A stretch of DNA of 64,000 nucleotides from Myxococcota bacterium. GTDB lineage: Bacteria; Myxococcota_A; UBA796; UBA2385. The translations under genes and the position numbers were made by a program. The stretch covers positions 32,001-96,000 of the forward strand of contig JBIJDH010000019.1 of the NCBI GenBank assembly GCA_044344255.1. The letters are read 5' to 3'. The notes beneath the pieces were generated by a model. The model did not search any database and was not told the DNA's origin. It saw only the letters and a program-made list of their open reading frames with translations. This document shows, in pieces, positions 9,273-18,572 of the stretch. The stretch's first letter is position 1. Every line of letters starts with the position of its first letter.

Positions 9273-11564
9273 ATGCGTCCGCTGTTCATCGGCCTCCTCA
9301 TCCCCCTCGGCGCCCTGCTCCCCACCGCAGAGGCCGGCGACTCCTGGTCCACCCCGCACACCGGGATGCGGCTCCTCCACCGCACCGCCAGCGGCCCGGT
9401 GGAGCTCTGGGCGCTCGAGGTCGACCTCTGCGCCCGCGGCATCTCGCTGCGCGCCACCGCTGAAGATGAACGGAAACAGAAGACCTCGAGCTTCGCCGGC
9501 GAGGTCGACGCGCAGGCCGCGGTCAACGGGGGCTTCTTCTCCTATGAAGACTATTACCCGGGCGGCCTCGCCATCGGCGACGGCGTGGCCTGGAACGAGG
9601 ACACCACCACCCACTCCTCCCTGATCTTCGGCCGCGACAACGCCCAGCTCCGCGCCGAGAGTGAAGACCTCACCAGCTACGAGAACTGGATGCACGAGGC
9701 CGTGTCCGGCTACCCGCGCATCGTCGTGGACGGTGATGTCCCGAGCTCCTTCTCCCGCGGCGACTGTGACGATCGCCACCCCCGCACCGCCGCCGGCCTC
9801 TCCCGCGACCGACAGACGCTCTACCTCGTCACCCTCGACGGCCGCTCCGGCGACTCCATCGGCGCCACCTGTGAGGAGCTCGGCGAGGTCCTGGCCGGCC
9901 TCGGCGCGGAGTGGGCGGTCAACCTCGACGGCGGCGGCTCCACCACGCTCTGGATCGACAGCAAGGGGGTGGTGAACAACCCGTCGGACGGCTCCGAGCG
10001 CACCGTCGGCAACCACCTCGGGATCTGGGCGACCGGCACGGGGGCCCCCGAGTCGTGCGACTTTTATATGGGCGAGCTCGAGACCGGGGCCAACATCCTC
10101 GAGGCCGAAGGCGCCACCGACGTCAACGGCGACGGGCTCCCCGACGCCTGCGCGCGGGGGCCGGCGGGCCTCGAGTGCCACCTCGGCCAGGCGACCGGCG
10201 GCTGGGGTGACACCTGGACCCTCGAGTCGCTCTCTGACGACCACGGCTGGGACAAGGCGAAGTTCTACAGCACCCTCCGGATGGGCGACCTCAACGGCGA
10301 CGGCCGCACCGACGTCTGCGCGCGCGGCTCGGCCAACGTCTACTGCTGGCTGGCCGAGGAGGCCGGCTTCAGCGACACCCTCTCCCTCGCCGCCGCCACC
10401 GACGCCGCTGGCTACGACCAGATCGACTATTACAGCACGCTCCGCCTCTTCGACTGGACCGGCGACGGCAAGGCCGACCTCTGTTATCGCAGCCCCGAGG
10501 GCATGCGCTGCCACGCCTCGAACGGGGCCGGCTTCGACGCCGCCATCGAGGGCCCCGCGTGGTCCGACACGAGCGGCTGGTCCCAGCCGTACTACTACGG
10601 CACCATCCGCACCGGGGACGTGAACGGTGACGGGCGCGGCGACCTCTGCGCCCGCTCCTCGGTGGGCGTCACCTGCACCCTCTCCGACGGCGCCTCCTTC
10701 CCCACCGTCGTCACCGGGCCCGCCTGGTCGAACGACCTCGGCTGGAAGGACGTCCGCTCCTGGTCCACCCTCCGCCTGACCGACATCGACGGTGACTTCA
10801 AGGCCGACCTCCTCGGGCGCGACGCGAGCGGCCTCTGGTTCGCCCGCTCCACCGGGGAGGCCTTCGAGGAGCCCGTGCTGGTCCGCGGGCTCTCCGACGA
10901 GACGGGCTGGTGGGACCATTCCAACTACGAGACGCTGCGCACCGGCGACCTCGACGCCGACGGAGACCGCGACCTCTGCCTCCGCGCCGACGCCGGCTAC
11001 GTCTGCTACCTCTGGAACGGCGCCGTCTTCGACGAGAAGTGGCTGGGCCCCGTGCACGCCGACAGCTCGGGCTGGGACGACCACCGCTACTACTCCACCT
11101 TCCGGATGGCCGACCTCAACGGCGACGGCATCTCCGAGCTCTGCGACCGCAGCGCGTCCAATTTTAACTGTTACACCTGGGACGGCTCCACGAGCATCTC
11201 CTACGGCACGCCGATCGCTTGGTCCAACGCCGAGGGTTGGGACGGAGACGGCTACTACTCCACCATCCGGCTGGCCTCGGCGCCGCCGCCGCGGCCCGCC
11301 CTGGAGCCCACCGACACCGGCGACCCCACCGACCCGGCCGACACCGGCGCCTCGCCCGACACCCCGGCGGGGGACTCCGGCCAGTCCGAGGGTGGGGGGG
11401 CCCCCGCCGAAGGGCGAGGCCAGGTCTACTCCGGCGAGTCCAAGGGCTGCGGCTGTGGTGGGAAGGCGATGCTCTGGCCGCTGCTGCTCGGCCCGGCGGC
11501 CCTCCGCCGACGCCGCCACCGGCAGACGCCCCCGGACGGCCCCACACCGCCGCCGCTGGGATAG
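9273..11564 (+). CDS. Secreted phosphodiester glycosidase (NAGPA-like) with FG-GAP/VCBS-like repeats and MYXO-CTERM-like tail
   Basis: Signal peptide; AAVNGGFF, HPRTAAG, NLDGGGST motifs; repeats like YYSTLRxGDLNGDGxxDLC; C-terminal GCGCGG-hydrophobic-RRRR. Confidence 0.85.
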   Translation: MRPLFIGLLIPLGALLPTAEAGDSWSTPHTGMRLLHRTASGPVELWALEVDLCARGISLRATAEDERKQKTSSFAGEVDAQAAVNGGFFSYEDYYPGGLAIGDGVAWNEDTTTHSSLIFGRDNAQLRAESEDLTSYENWMHEAVSGYPRIVVDGDVPSSFSRGDCDDRHPRTAAGLSRDRQTLYLVTLDGRSGDSIGATCEELGEVLAGLGAEWAVNLDGGGSTTLWIDSKGVVNNPSDGSERTVGNHLGIWATGTGAPESCDFYMGELETGANILEAEGATDVNGDGLPDACARGPAGLECHLGQATGGWGDTWTLESLSDDHGWDKAKFYSTLRMGDLNGDGRTDVCARGSANVYCWLAEEAGFSDTLSLAAATDAAGYDQIDYYSTLRLFDWTGDGKADLCYRSPEGMRCHASNGAGFDAAIEGPAWSDTSGWSQPYYYGTIRTGDVNGDGRGDLCARSSVGVTCTLSDGASFPTVVTGPAWSNDLGWKDVRSWSTLRLTDIDGDFKADLLGRDASGLWFARSTGEAFEEPVLVRGLSDETGWWDHSNYETLRTGDLDADGDRDLCLRADAGYVCYLWNGAVFDEKWLGPVHADSSGWDDHRYYSTFRMADLNGDGISELCDRSASNFNCYTWDGSTSISYGTPIAWSNAEGWDGDGYYSTIRLASAPPPRPALEPTDTGDPTDPADTGASPDTPAGDSGQSEGGGAPAEGRGQVYSGESKGCGCGGKAMLWPLLLGPAALRRRRHRQTPPDGPTPPPLG

Positions 11565-11590
11565 GGCGCCGCCCCGCCCACAGGTCGCCC

Positions 11591-12691
11591 ATGCCCGACG
11601 TCTCCCCCACCCCCTCCGAAAGGACCGAGCCCGAAGAGGCCGCCCGGATCGATCTCTTCGCGCTCGACCTCCCCGGCCTCCGGGCGCTCCTCACGGGGCT
11701 CGGGGAGCCCGCCTTTCGGGCGGCGCAGCTCCACAAGTGGATCCACGAGCGCCACGCCCCCTCCTTCTCGGCGATGACCGACCTCCCGGCCTCCCTCCGC
11801 ACGAAGCTGGAGGCGGGCTTTCGACTCGGCACCCTCGCGATCGCCCACGAGCAGCGGAGCCAGGACGGCACCCAGAAGCGCCTCTATCGCCTCCCCGACG
11901 GGCAGCTCATCGAGTCGGTGCTGATGCCCTATCAGGACGGTCGCCGCACCGCCTGCATCTCGTCCCAGGCCGGCTGCGCGATGGGCTGCACCTTCTGCGC
12001 CACGGGCCAGATGGGCTTCGCCCGCCACCTCACCGCCGCCGAGATCGTCGAGCAGGCCTGGCGCTTCGACCAGGAGCTCAAGGCCAAGGGGGAGCGCCTC
12101 TCCAACGTCGTGCTGATGGGCATGGGCGAGCCCTTTCACAATTTCGAGCCCGTGGTGGAGGCCATTCACCGGCTGAACAAGGAGATCGGGATCGGCGCCC
12201 GCCACATCACGGTGAGCACGGTGGGCCTCGTGCCACAGATCGACCGCTTCGCCGCGCTCGGCCTGCAGGTGAAGCTGGCGATCAGCCTGCACAGCACGCA
12301 GGACGACGAGCGCAGCGAGATGATGCCGGTCAACCGCCGCTGGCCGATCGCCGAGCTCATCGCCGCCTGTCACCGGTACGTCGAGCAGACTGGGCGGCGG
12401 ATCTCCTTCGAGTGGGCCCTCATCGCCGGCAAGAATGACGGCGTGGACGAGGCCGAGCGCCTGGGCCGCCTCCTCCGCGGCCTGTTCTGCCACGTCAACC
12501 TCATCCCCTTGAACCCCACCGGCGGCTACGCGGGCGCCCCCTCGGACCCCGCCACCGCCGCCGCCTTCGTGGCCACCCTCGAGCGCCACGGCGTGCCGGC
12601 CACCGTCCGCGTGCGGCGCGGCATCGACATCGACGCCGGCTGCGGACAGTTGAAGAGTGAGCTCCTCCGCCGGCTACGCGCCTCGGGCTGA
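11591..12691 (+). CDS. rlmN: Dual-specificity 23S rRNA/tRNA m2A methyltransferase RlmN
   Basis: CISSQAGCAMGCTFCATG radical-SAM motif, MGMGEP, VNLIPLN, DIDAGCGQL. Confidence 0.96.
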   Translation: MPDVSPTPSERTEPEEAARIDLFALDLPGLRALLTGLGEPAFRAAQLHKWIHERHAPSFSAMTDLPASLRTKLEAGFRLGTLAIAHEQRSQDGTQKRLYRLPDGQLIESVLMPYQDGRRTACISSQAGCAMGCTFCATGQMGFARHLTAAEIVEQAWRFDQELKAKGERLSNVVLMGMGEPFHNFEPVVEAIHRLNKEIGIGARHITVSTVGLVPQIDRFAALGLQVKLAISLHSTQDDERSEMMPVNRRWPIAELIAACHRYVEQTGRRISFEWALIAGKNDGVDEAERLGRLLRGLFCHVNLIPLNPTGGYAGAPSDPATAAAFVATLERHGVPATVRVRRGIDIDAGCGQLKSELLRRLRASG

Positions 12692-15328
12692 GCGCCGCCG
12701 CCGGGCCAGGAGCGCGCCGAGGCCGACGAGCAGCCAGGGAGCGGCGCCGGTCGTGGGGGCCCCGCTGCAGGCGCAGCCCTTCCCGGCGCCACCGCCGCCA
12801 CCGCCGCCGCCGCCATCGCCCAGGCCGTCGTCGCCGCCCTCGTCCCCGCCGCCGTCCCCCTCGGGGCAGGCAGCGTCGACGCCGTCGCAGTCCTGATCGA
12901 TCTCGTCGCCGCAGACCTCCGCCTCGGGGGCTCCGCGGGCGGGGTCGTGGTCATCGCAGTCCACGTCGCACAGGACGGCGTCCCCGTCGAAGTCCTGGAC
13001 GGGGTAGCAGCCCTCGTGGTCGGGATCGAGCTGATAGTCCCAGATGCCGCGGCCGTAGGTCCCGAAGCGGATCGAGTTCTCGGCGGTGAGCGCCTCGACG
13101 CTCCAATACGTGGTGACCGGGGCGCCAGCGCCGATGTCGGTCCACTCGCTGGCGCCCGGCTCCCGCATCCAGGCCCCCGTCTCGGTGGCGGCGAAGAGGC
13201 GCCCCGATCCGTCGGGCGCGAGCGCGAGGCCATAGACGAAGGTGCGCGGCAGGCCGTCATCCCAGGCCTCCCAGGTGAGCCCATCGTCGGTAGACCGCCA
13301 GACCGAGGGGTTACCGTAGCCGGAGCCCGCCAGATAGACGAGCTGCTCCTCCTGGCGCGAGGGGAGGATCGTGCTGCCGTAGAGGTAGTGGTCGGTCGTG
13401 CTCTCGTCGGCCACCATCGTCCAGGTGACGGCGTGGTCGGTCGAGCGGAAGACCCGCCCGTAGCTGGTCGCCGCCCAGGCGATGTCCGGGTTGAAGGTCG
13501 AGAAGGCGAGGGCCGAGGCGTATTCGTAACCTTCCGATGAGAAGTCCTGCTCGCTGTAGAGCTCCCCCTTCCACTCCGAGCCGCGCGCCTCGGTGTACCG
13601 ATAGATCTGCGACGCCAGGAAGAAGAAGGCCGCCGGATCGACCGGATCGGCCACCACCGGCGGGATCCAGGCCATCTGCGACTCGCCGCTCGGAAAGTCG
13701 CCCCAGCCGAGCTGGGGGTCGTCTTCGTCGAACTGGACGAGGATGTAGCCGGGATAGGTCGAGTACACATAGGCGTGGGAGCCGTCGGCCGAGCTCAGGT
13801 GCCCATAATCCCCGCTGGTGGCCTGATAGAAGCGGAGGAGGTCGCCCTCGGGGACCATGCCGGTGCTGAGCTGGTAGCCCTGGTCCTGGGCCCCGGCGGC
13901 GACGTGGGTGGGGTCGACCGAGGAGGTGAGGGTCGAATAATACTGGCTCACCCGAAGGCCGCTGAGCGACAGGTTCTCCACCGTGTCGAGGCGGTCCCGT
14001 GACCGATAGAGCCCGCCGTCGGTGCCGATCCACCACAGCTCCGAGCCGTCTTCGGCCTCGTCCACCGTGAGGCCCATCATGTCGGCGTGGAGCTGATCTC
14101 CGGGGCTGTCGTAGTAGCTCCACCAGTCATTCTGCTTGTGGAAGGAGGCGCCGCCGTCCATCGTGACGTGCAGCTCCATCCCGCCGTAAGCGAAGAGGTC
14201 GGGGTCCTGGCGAGAGGCAGCGAGGGGGGCCCAGAAGTCCTCGTAGGGGCCGAGCTCCACCCAGGTCTCGCCGGCGTCGTCGCTGCGGCGGACGAGGCTG
14301 CCGCCGTCGCCGTCGCCGAGCACCCAGAGGCGGGGCGCCCCGGCCTCGGAGCCACAGAGCGAGCCCGAGCTCATCCCGGCATCGACGAGGCCCACCCGGC
14401 TGAAGGTGTCGCCGTCATCATCACTCTGGAGGAGCTCCCCGTCGTCGAGGAGGTAGAGGCGGCGGTCGCCGTCGCGGGGGATCCAGAGGTCGCCCTGGAA
14501 TTCATCGAGGGCGCGGAGGAGGGAGAAGGTCTGCCCGCCGTCCAGCGACCGATAGAGGTCGTAGGTCCAGTAGTTGGTCACCATGGCGAAGACGAGCGCG
14601 TCCTGGCCGGCCGGGGCGGTGAGGCGCTTGATCTGCCAGAGGTCAGAGGGCAGGCCGGCGGCGCGGCTCCAGGTGCCGCCTTCGTCGGCGCTGCGGTAGA
14701 TCGCCGAGCCGCTCGCCATGACGAGGATGTCGGGATCGGTCGCCGCAGGGGCCGGGAGGGCGAGGAGCTGCTGGGCGCCCCCGTAGACGTCGTCGGCGAG
14801 GGGGGTCCAGCCGTCGCCGTCTGGGCTGGCGGTCCAGAGGCCGCCGTGCGCCGAGCCCGCGTAGATCGCCTGCTTGTCGCTCGAGAGCCGCGCTTCGTGC
14901 ATGCGCCCGGCGAGGTTCTCGCTGCCGCGCTCCACCCAGCGCGGGCCGGCGGCGGGGGGCGGCGCCGCCCGTCGCCGCGCCAGGGCCGCCTCGGCGTTGC
15001 CGCGCTCGACCCCCTTCCAGCTCACCCCCGCAGGGGCGCGGTGCAGCTCCTCGAACCAGCGCCGCCGGGCCGCACCGGCGCTGCGCTCCCGGTCTTCTCG
15101 CTCCTCGGTCGACAGGCCGGGCTCGTCCTTATCGGCGCCGGCCGGGATCGGCGGCCGCCAGGGCCCCTTGGCCGGCAGCCCGGGCCAGAGGGCCGCCGCG
15201 AGCGCCGCCGCGACGAGCAGCCCCAAGAGGCCGCCCGCGGCGCCCCCTCCGCCGACCTGGCCCGCCCCGCCGGACTCGCTCCCCTTCACGCCGCGCGACA
15301 TCCAACCTCCCCGGGGCGCCAAGCCCAT
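12674..15328 (-). CDS. Surface BNR/Asp-box beta-propeller protein (glycoside hydrolase/VPS10-like) with MopE-like motif and MYXO-CTERM-like tail
   Basis: Repeated SxDxGxTW Asp-boxes, LHADM, GTDGGLY, GTYGRGIW; DCDDHDP...DQDCDG; C-terminal GCAC...LLVGLGALLARRRR. Confidence 0.8.
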   Translation of the reverse strand: MGLAPRGGWMSRGVKGSESGGAGQVGGGGAAGGLLGLLVAAALAAALWPGLPAKGPWRPPIPAGADKDEPGLSTEEREDRERSAGAARRRWFEELHRAPAGVSWKGVERGNAEAALARRRAAPPPAAGPRWVERGSENLAGRMHEARLSSDKQAIYAGSAHGGLWTASPDGDGWTPLADDVYGGAQQLLALPAPAATDPDILVMASGSAIYRSADEGGTWSRAAGLPSDLWQIKRLTAPAGQDALVFAMVTNYWTYDLYRSLDGGQTFSLLRALDEFQGDLWIPRDGDRRLYLLDDGELLQSDDDGDTFSRVGLVDAGMSSGSLCGSEAGAPRLWVLGDGDGGSLVRRSDDAGETWVELGPYEDFWAPLAASRQDPDLFAYGGMELHVTMDGGASFHKQNDWWSYYDSPGDQLHADMMGLTVDEAEDGSELWWIGTDGGLYRSRDRLDTVENLSLSGLRVSQYYSTLTSSVDPTHVAAGAQDQGYQLSTGMVPEGDLLRFYQATSGDYGHLSSADGSHAYVYSTYPGYILVQFDEDDPQLGWGDFPSGESQMAWIPPVVADPVDPAAFFFLASQIYRYTEARGSEWKGELYSEQDFSSEGYEYASALAFSTFNPDIAWAATSYGRVFRSTDHAVTWTMVADESTTDHYLYGSTILPSRQEEQLVYLAGSGYGNPSVWRSTDDGLTWEAWDDGLPRTFVYGLALAPDGSGRLFAATETGAWMREPGASEWTDIGAGAPVTTYWSVEALTAENSIRFGTYGRGIWDYQLDPDHEGCYPVQDFDGDAVLCDVDCDDHDPARGAPEAEVCGDEIDQDCDGVDAACPEGDGGGDEGGDDGLGDGGGGGGGGGAGKGCACSGAPTTGAAPWLLVGLGALLARRRRSARGA

Positions 15329-15450
15329 CCCCCCAGTGTATCGAGGCCGCGACCGAGGGGCGGTGAGGCGCTGGTGAACCGCCGCCGCCCCAGGGGCGTA
15401 CCCTCCGGACCCCTCCGTTTCGGGACCAGACGCGCGGGCGCCTCCCGACT

Positions 15451-15492
15451 AAGGACCTCTGGCTAAGGAACTCTGACGAAGGAACTCTGATG
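15451..15492 (+). repeat. Three 14-bp direct repeats ending in the start codon of the HupE/UreJ gene
   Basis: AAGGACCTCTGGCT, AAGGAACTCTGACG, AAGGAACTCTGATG. Confidence 0.85.
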
Positions 15493-16476
15493 CTCGGCCC
15501 TCTCCTCGCCCTCGCCCTGTCCACCTCGGCCGCGCGCGCCCACCAGCCGGGCCTCTCGTACGCCCACCTCGAGCGCGGGCGGCTGTCGCTGGTCTTCGCC
15601 GGGGCCGAGCTCGAGGCGATGGGCTTCCCCACCGAGCTCGCTGCCCTCGGCCCGACCCTGACCGAGCGCACCTTCGCGCGGGTCGATCTCCGCACCGAGG
15701 AGGGCCCCTGCACGCTGGGCGCCCCCACCGTCACCTCCCTCGAGCGAGACGGCGTCGAGCTCTCCGCGGCCGTGTTGTGCCCAGACGGCCAGCGCTGGTC
15801 CTATTCGGCGCCCTTCCTGGTCGAGATGGAGCCCGGCCACCGGCACACCGTCGAGGCCTTCGGAGAGATGGTGGCCGTGCTCGACAGCGGCCACATCGAG
15901 GCCCGCTTCGAGGGCTTCGGCAGCGCGGGCGCGGTGGCGCGGGCCTTCCTCACCCTCGGCGTCGAGCACATCTGGACCGGCTACGACCACCTCGCCTTCC
16001 TCTTCGCCCTCGTGCTGGTGGCCCGCTCCACCCGCCAGATGCTGGCCATCGTCACCGGCTTCACGCTGGCCCACTCGATCACGCTCTCCGTGGCGGCCCT
16101 CGGCTGGCTCACGCCCCCCGCCGCCGTGATCGAGCCCGCCATCGCCGCCACCATCGCCTACGCGGGCCTCGAGAACCTCTGGAAGCCGGGGGCGAAGCGG
16201 CGCTTCATCGTCACCTTCGCCCTCGGGCTCATCCACGGCTTCGGCTTCGCCGGCATGCTCCGCGAGCTCGGGATGCCGGACGGCCACCTCGCCGTCGCCC
16301 TGCTCTGCTTCAACGGCGGGGTGGAGCTCGGGCAGGCGGCCGTCGTGGCGATCGTGCTGCCCCTCCTGCTCTGGCTCCGCCGCTACCCGGCCTGGGAGGC
16401 CCGCGGCGTCCCCGCCCTCTCCGTGCTGGTCGCCCTCGCCGGCGTGGGCTGGTTCGTCGAGCGGGTGGTGGCCTGA
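15490..16476 (+). CDS. HupE/UreJ family protein (putative Ni/Co uptake)
   Basis: Signal peptide ending ARAH; LGVEHIWTGYDHLAFL, TGFTLAHSITL, GLIHGFGFA, FNGGVELGQ. Confidence 0.9.
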   Translation: MLGPLLALALSTSAARAHQPGLSYAHLERGRLSLVFAGAELEAMGFPTELAALGPTLTERTFARVDLRTEEGPCTLGAPTVTSLERDGVELSAAVLCPDGQRWSYSAPFLVEMEPGHRHTVEAFGEMVAVLDSGHIEARFEGFGSAGAVARAFLTLGVEHIWTGYDHLAFLFALVLVARSTRQMLAIVTGFTLAHSITLSVAALGWLTPPAAVIEPAIAATIAYAGLENLWKPGAKRRFIVTFALGLIHGFGFAGMLRELGMPDGHLAVALLCFNGGVELGQAAVVAIVLPLLLWLRRYPAWEARGVPALSVLVALAGVGWFVERVVA

Positions 16477-17003
16477 TGTCCGCCCCGCGGGCCCGCCGCA
16501 GCCTCCTCTCCCCCCTCGGCCGGCTGAGCCTCGTGGCCGAGGGAGGCCTCCTCCGCGCCCTCCACATGGACGACCCCGCCGCGCCCGAGGCCGCGCCCTC
16601 TGCGGGGGAGCCCCCCGCCGATCGCGGCGACGAGGCCCTCCTCGACGAGGCGGTCGCTCAGCTCGAGGCCTGGCTGGTCGGCCAGCGGCGGGCCTTCGAC
16701 CTCCCCCTCGGCCCCCAGGGCACCCCCTTCCAGCTGCGGGTCTGGGCGGCCCTCCAGGCCATCCCCTTCGGCGAGACCCTGTCTTACGGGGCCCTGGCGC
16801 GGCGGCTCGGCGACCCGCTGCTCTCCCGCGCGGTCGGCGCGGCGAACGGCCAGAACCCCATCGGGATCCTCATCCCTTGCCACCGGGTCATCGGCGCCGA
16901 CGGCAGCCTCACGGGCTATGCGGGGGGCCTGGAGCGGAAGCGGTGGCTGCTCGACTTCGAGGCCACTGCCACCCGCCGCCAGGTCGGCCTCTTCTCTCGC
17001 TGA
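16476..17003 (+). CDS. ogt: Methylated-DNA--protein-cysteine S-methyltransferase
   Basis: GTPFQLRVW, IPFGETLSY, RAVGAANGQNP, active-site PCHRV, GYAGGL; TGATG overlap with upstream stop. Confidence 0.93.
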   Translation: MSAPRARRSLLSPLGRLSLVAEGGLLRALHMDDPAAPEAAPSAGEPPADRGDEALLDEAVAQLEAWLVGQRRAFDLPLGPQGTPFQLRVWAALQAIPFGETLSYGALARRLGDPLLSRAVGAANGQNPIGILIPCHRVIGADGSLTGYAGGLERKRWLLDFEATATRRQVGLFSR

Positions 17004-17039
17004 CCGCCCCTCGCCCGGCGGTCCCGCCTGGAGCCAGCC

Positions 17040-18500
17040 ATGACCCGCCCCGCGTCGATTGAGCCGCCGCCCCTCCCGCCGAGCCTCCTCTGGATCGACA
17101 ACGAGGCGGTCCCCGCGCAGAGCGGCGCCACCTTCACCACCGAGGACCCTGCGACCGGCCTGCCTCTCGCCACCCTGGCCCGCGGCGGCCGCGCCGACGT
17201 CGAGCGGGCGGTGGCCTCGGCGAAGGCAGCGCAGCGGCGCTGGGCGGCGGTCGATCCCAACGAGAAGCAGCGCACCCTCTGGAAGATCGGCGAGGCCGTG
17301 ATGGCCCACCTCGACCGCCTCGCTTGGCTCGAGGCCGTGGACTGCGGCAAGCCCCTCGCCAACGCGCGGGCCATCGACGTGCCCCGCACCGCCGACACCT
17401 TCTTCTACTTCGCCGGCTGGGCCACCAAGCTCACCGGCGACACCGTCCCCGTGCGCGGCCCCTTCCTCAACTACACGGTGCGGGAGCCGCTCGGCGTGGT
17501 GGGGGCGATCATCCCCTGGAATTTCCCGCTCCTGCTCGCCGCCCGCAAGATCGCGCCCGCGCTCGCCAGCGGCAACGCCGTCGTGCTCAAGCCGCCCGAG
17601 GAGGCGAGCCTCTCCTGCCTCGAGCTCGCCCGCATCGCCGCCGAGGCGGGCCTGCCGCCCGGCCTGCTCAACGTGGTGACCGGCGTGGGCGAGGAGGCCG
17701 GCGCCGCCCTGGTGGAGCACCCCGACGTCGCCAAGATCTCGTTCACCGGCGGCACCGTCACGGGCAAGCACATCATGCGGGCCGCCGCCGGCACCCTGAA
17801 GAAGCTCTCGCTCGAGCTCGGCGGCAAGAGCGCCAACATCATCTTCGCCGACGCTGACCTCCCCGCCGCCGCCGCCGCCGCCGTGAGCGCCATCTTCTAC
17901 AACCAGGGCGAGCTCTGCACCGCCGGCTCCCGGCTGCTGGTCGAGCGGAGCGCGCTGCCCACCGTGCTGCCGCTCGTCGTCGAGGGGGCTCGCCGCCTCC
18001 GCCCGGAGGCCCCCCTGAGCCCCGGCTGCGCCCTCGGCCCCCTGGTGAGCGCCGAGCACCACGCGCGCGTGCTCGCTTACATCGAGAAGGGGCTCGCCGA
18101 AGGGGCCCGCCTCGAGACCGGCGGCGGCCTGCCGGGGCCCGGCTACTACGTCGAGCCCACCGTCTTCTCCGGGGTGGACGCGAGCATGACCATCGCCCGC
18201 GAGGAGATCTTCGGCCCCGTGCTCTCGGTGATCACCTTTGACAGCCTGGAGGAGGCCGCCGCCCTCGCCGACGCCACCGAATTCGGCCTCGCCGCGGGTG
18301 TCTGGACGCGCGACATCGGCAAGGCCCACGCCCTCGCGGCGCGCCTCAAGGCGGGGACGGTGTGGATCAACACCTACAACCGCTTCGACGCCGCCATGCC
18401 CTATGGAGGGGTCAAGCAGTCCGGCTTCGGGCGGGAGAACGGGCGCGCGGTGCTCGACGAGTACACCCAGCTCAAGAGCGTGTGGGTCGCCCTCGGCTGA
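17040..18500 (+). CDS. Aldehyde dehydrogenase
   Basis: IIPWNFP, SFTGG, LELGGKS, catalytic Cys in NQGELCTAG, EEIFGP. Confidence 0.95.
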   Translation: MTRPASIEPPPLPPSLLWIDNEAVPAQSGATFTTEDPATGLPLATLARGGRADVERAVASAKAAQRRWAAVDPNEKQRTLWKIGEAVMAHLDRLAWLEAVDCGKPLANARAIDVPRTADTFFYFAGWATKLTGDTVPVRGPFLNYTVREPLGVVGAIIPWNFPLLLAARKIAPALASGNAVVLKPPEEASLSCLELARIAAEAGLPPGLLNVVTGVGEEAGAALVEHPDVAKISFTGGTVTGKHIMRAAAGTLKKLSLELGGKSANIIFADADLPAAAAAAVSAIFYNQGELCTAGSRLLVERSALPTVLPLVVEGARRLRPEAPLSPGCALGPLVSAEHHARVLAYIEKGLAEGARLETGGGLPGPGYYVEPTVFSGVDASMTIAREEIFGPVLSVITFDSLEEAAALADATEFGLAAGVWTRDIGKAHALAARLKAGTVWINTYNRFDAAMPYGGVKQSGFGRENGRAVLDEYTQLKSVWVALG

Positions 18501-18572
18501 TCTGCGACAGCTCCCAAGGCGAGGCGCGCCCACGTTACGTGCGCCGCCCGCCGCGCCCGCAGGGAGCCCCCG

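Noticed and set aside
12674..12691. 18-bp convergent overlap of rlmN and the Asp-box protein gene
   Set aside because: Short tail-to-tail overlaps are common in compact GC-rich genomes
15340..15450. Cobalamin riboswitch upstream of the HupE/UreJ gene
   Set aside because: No AGGGAA, GCCACTG or B12-box elements recognisable, and the region is short
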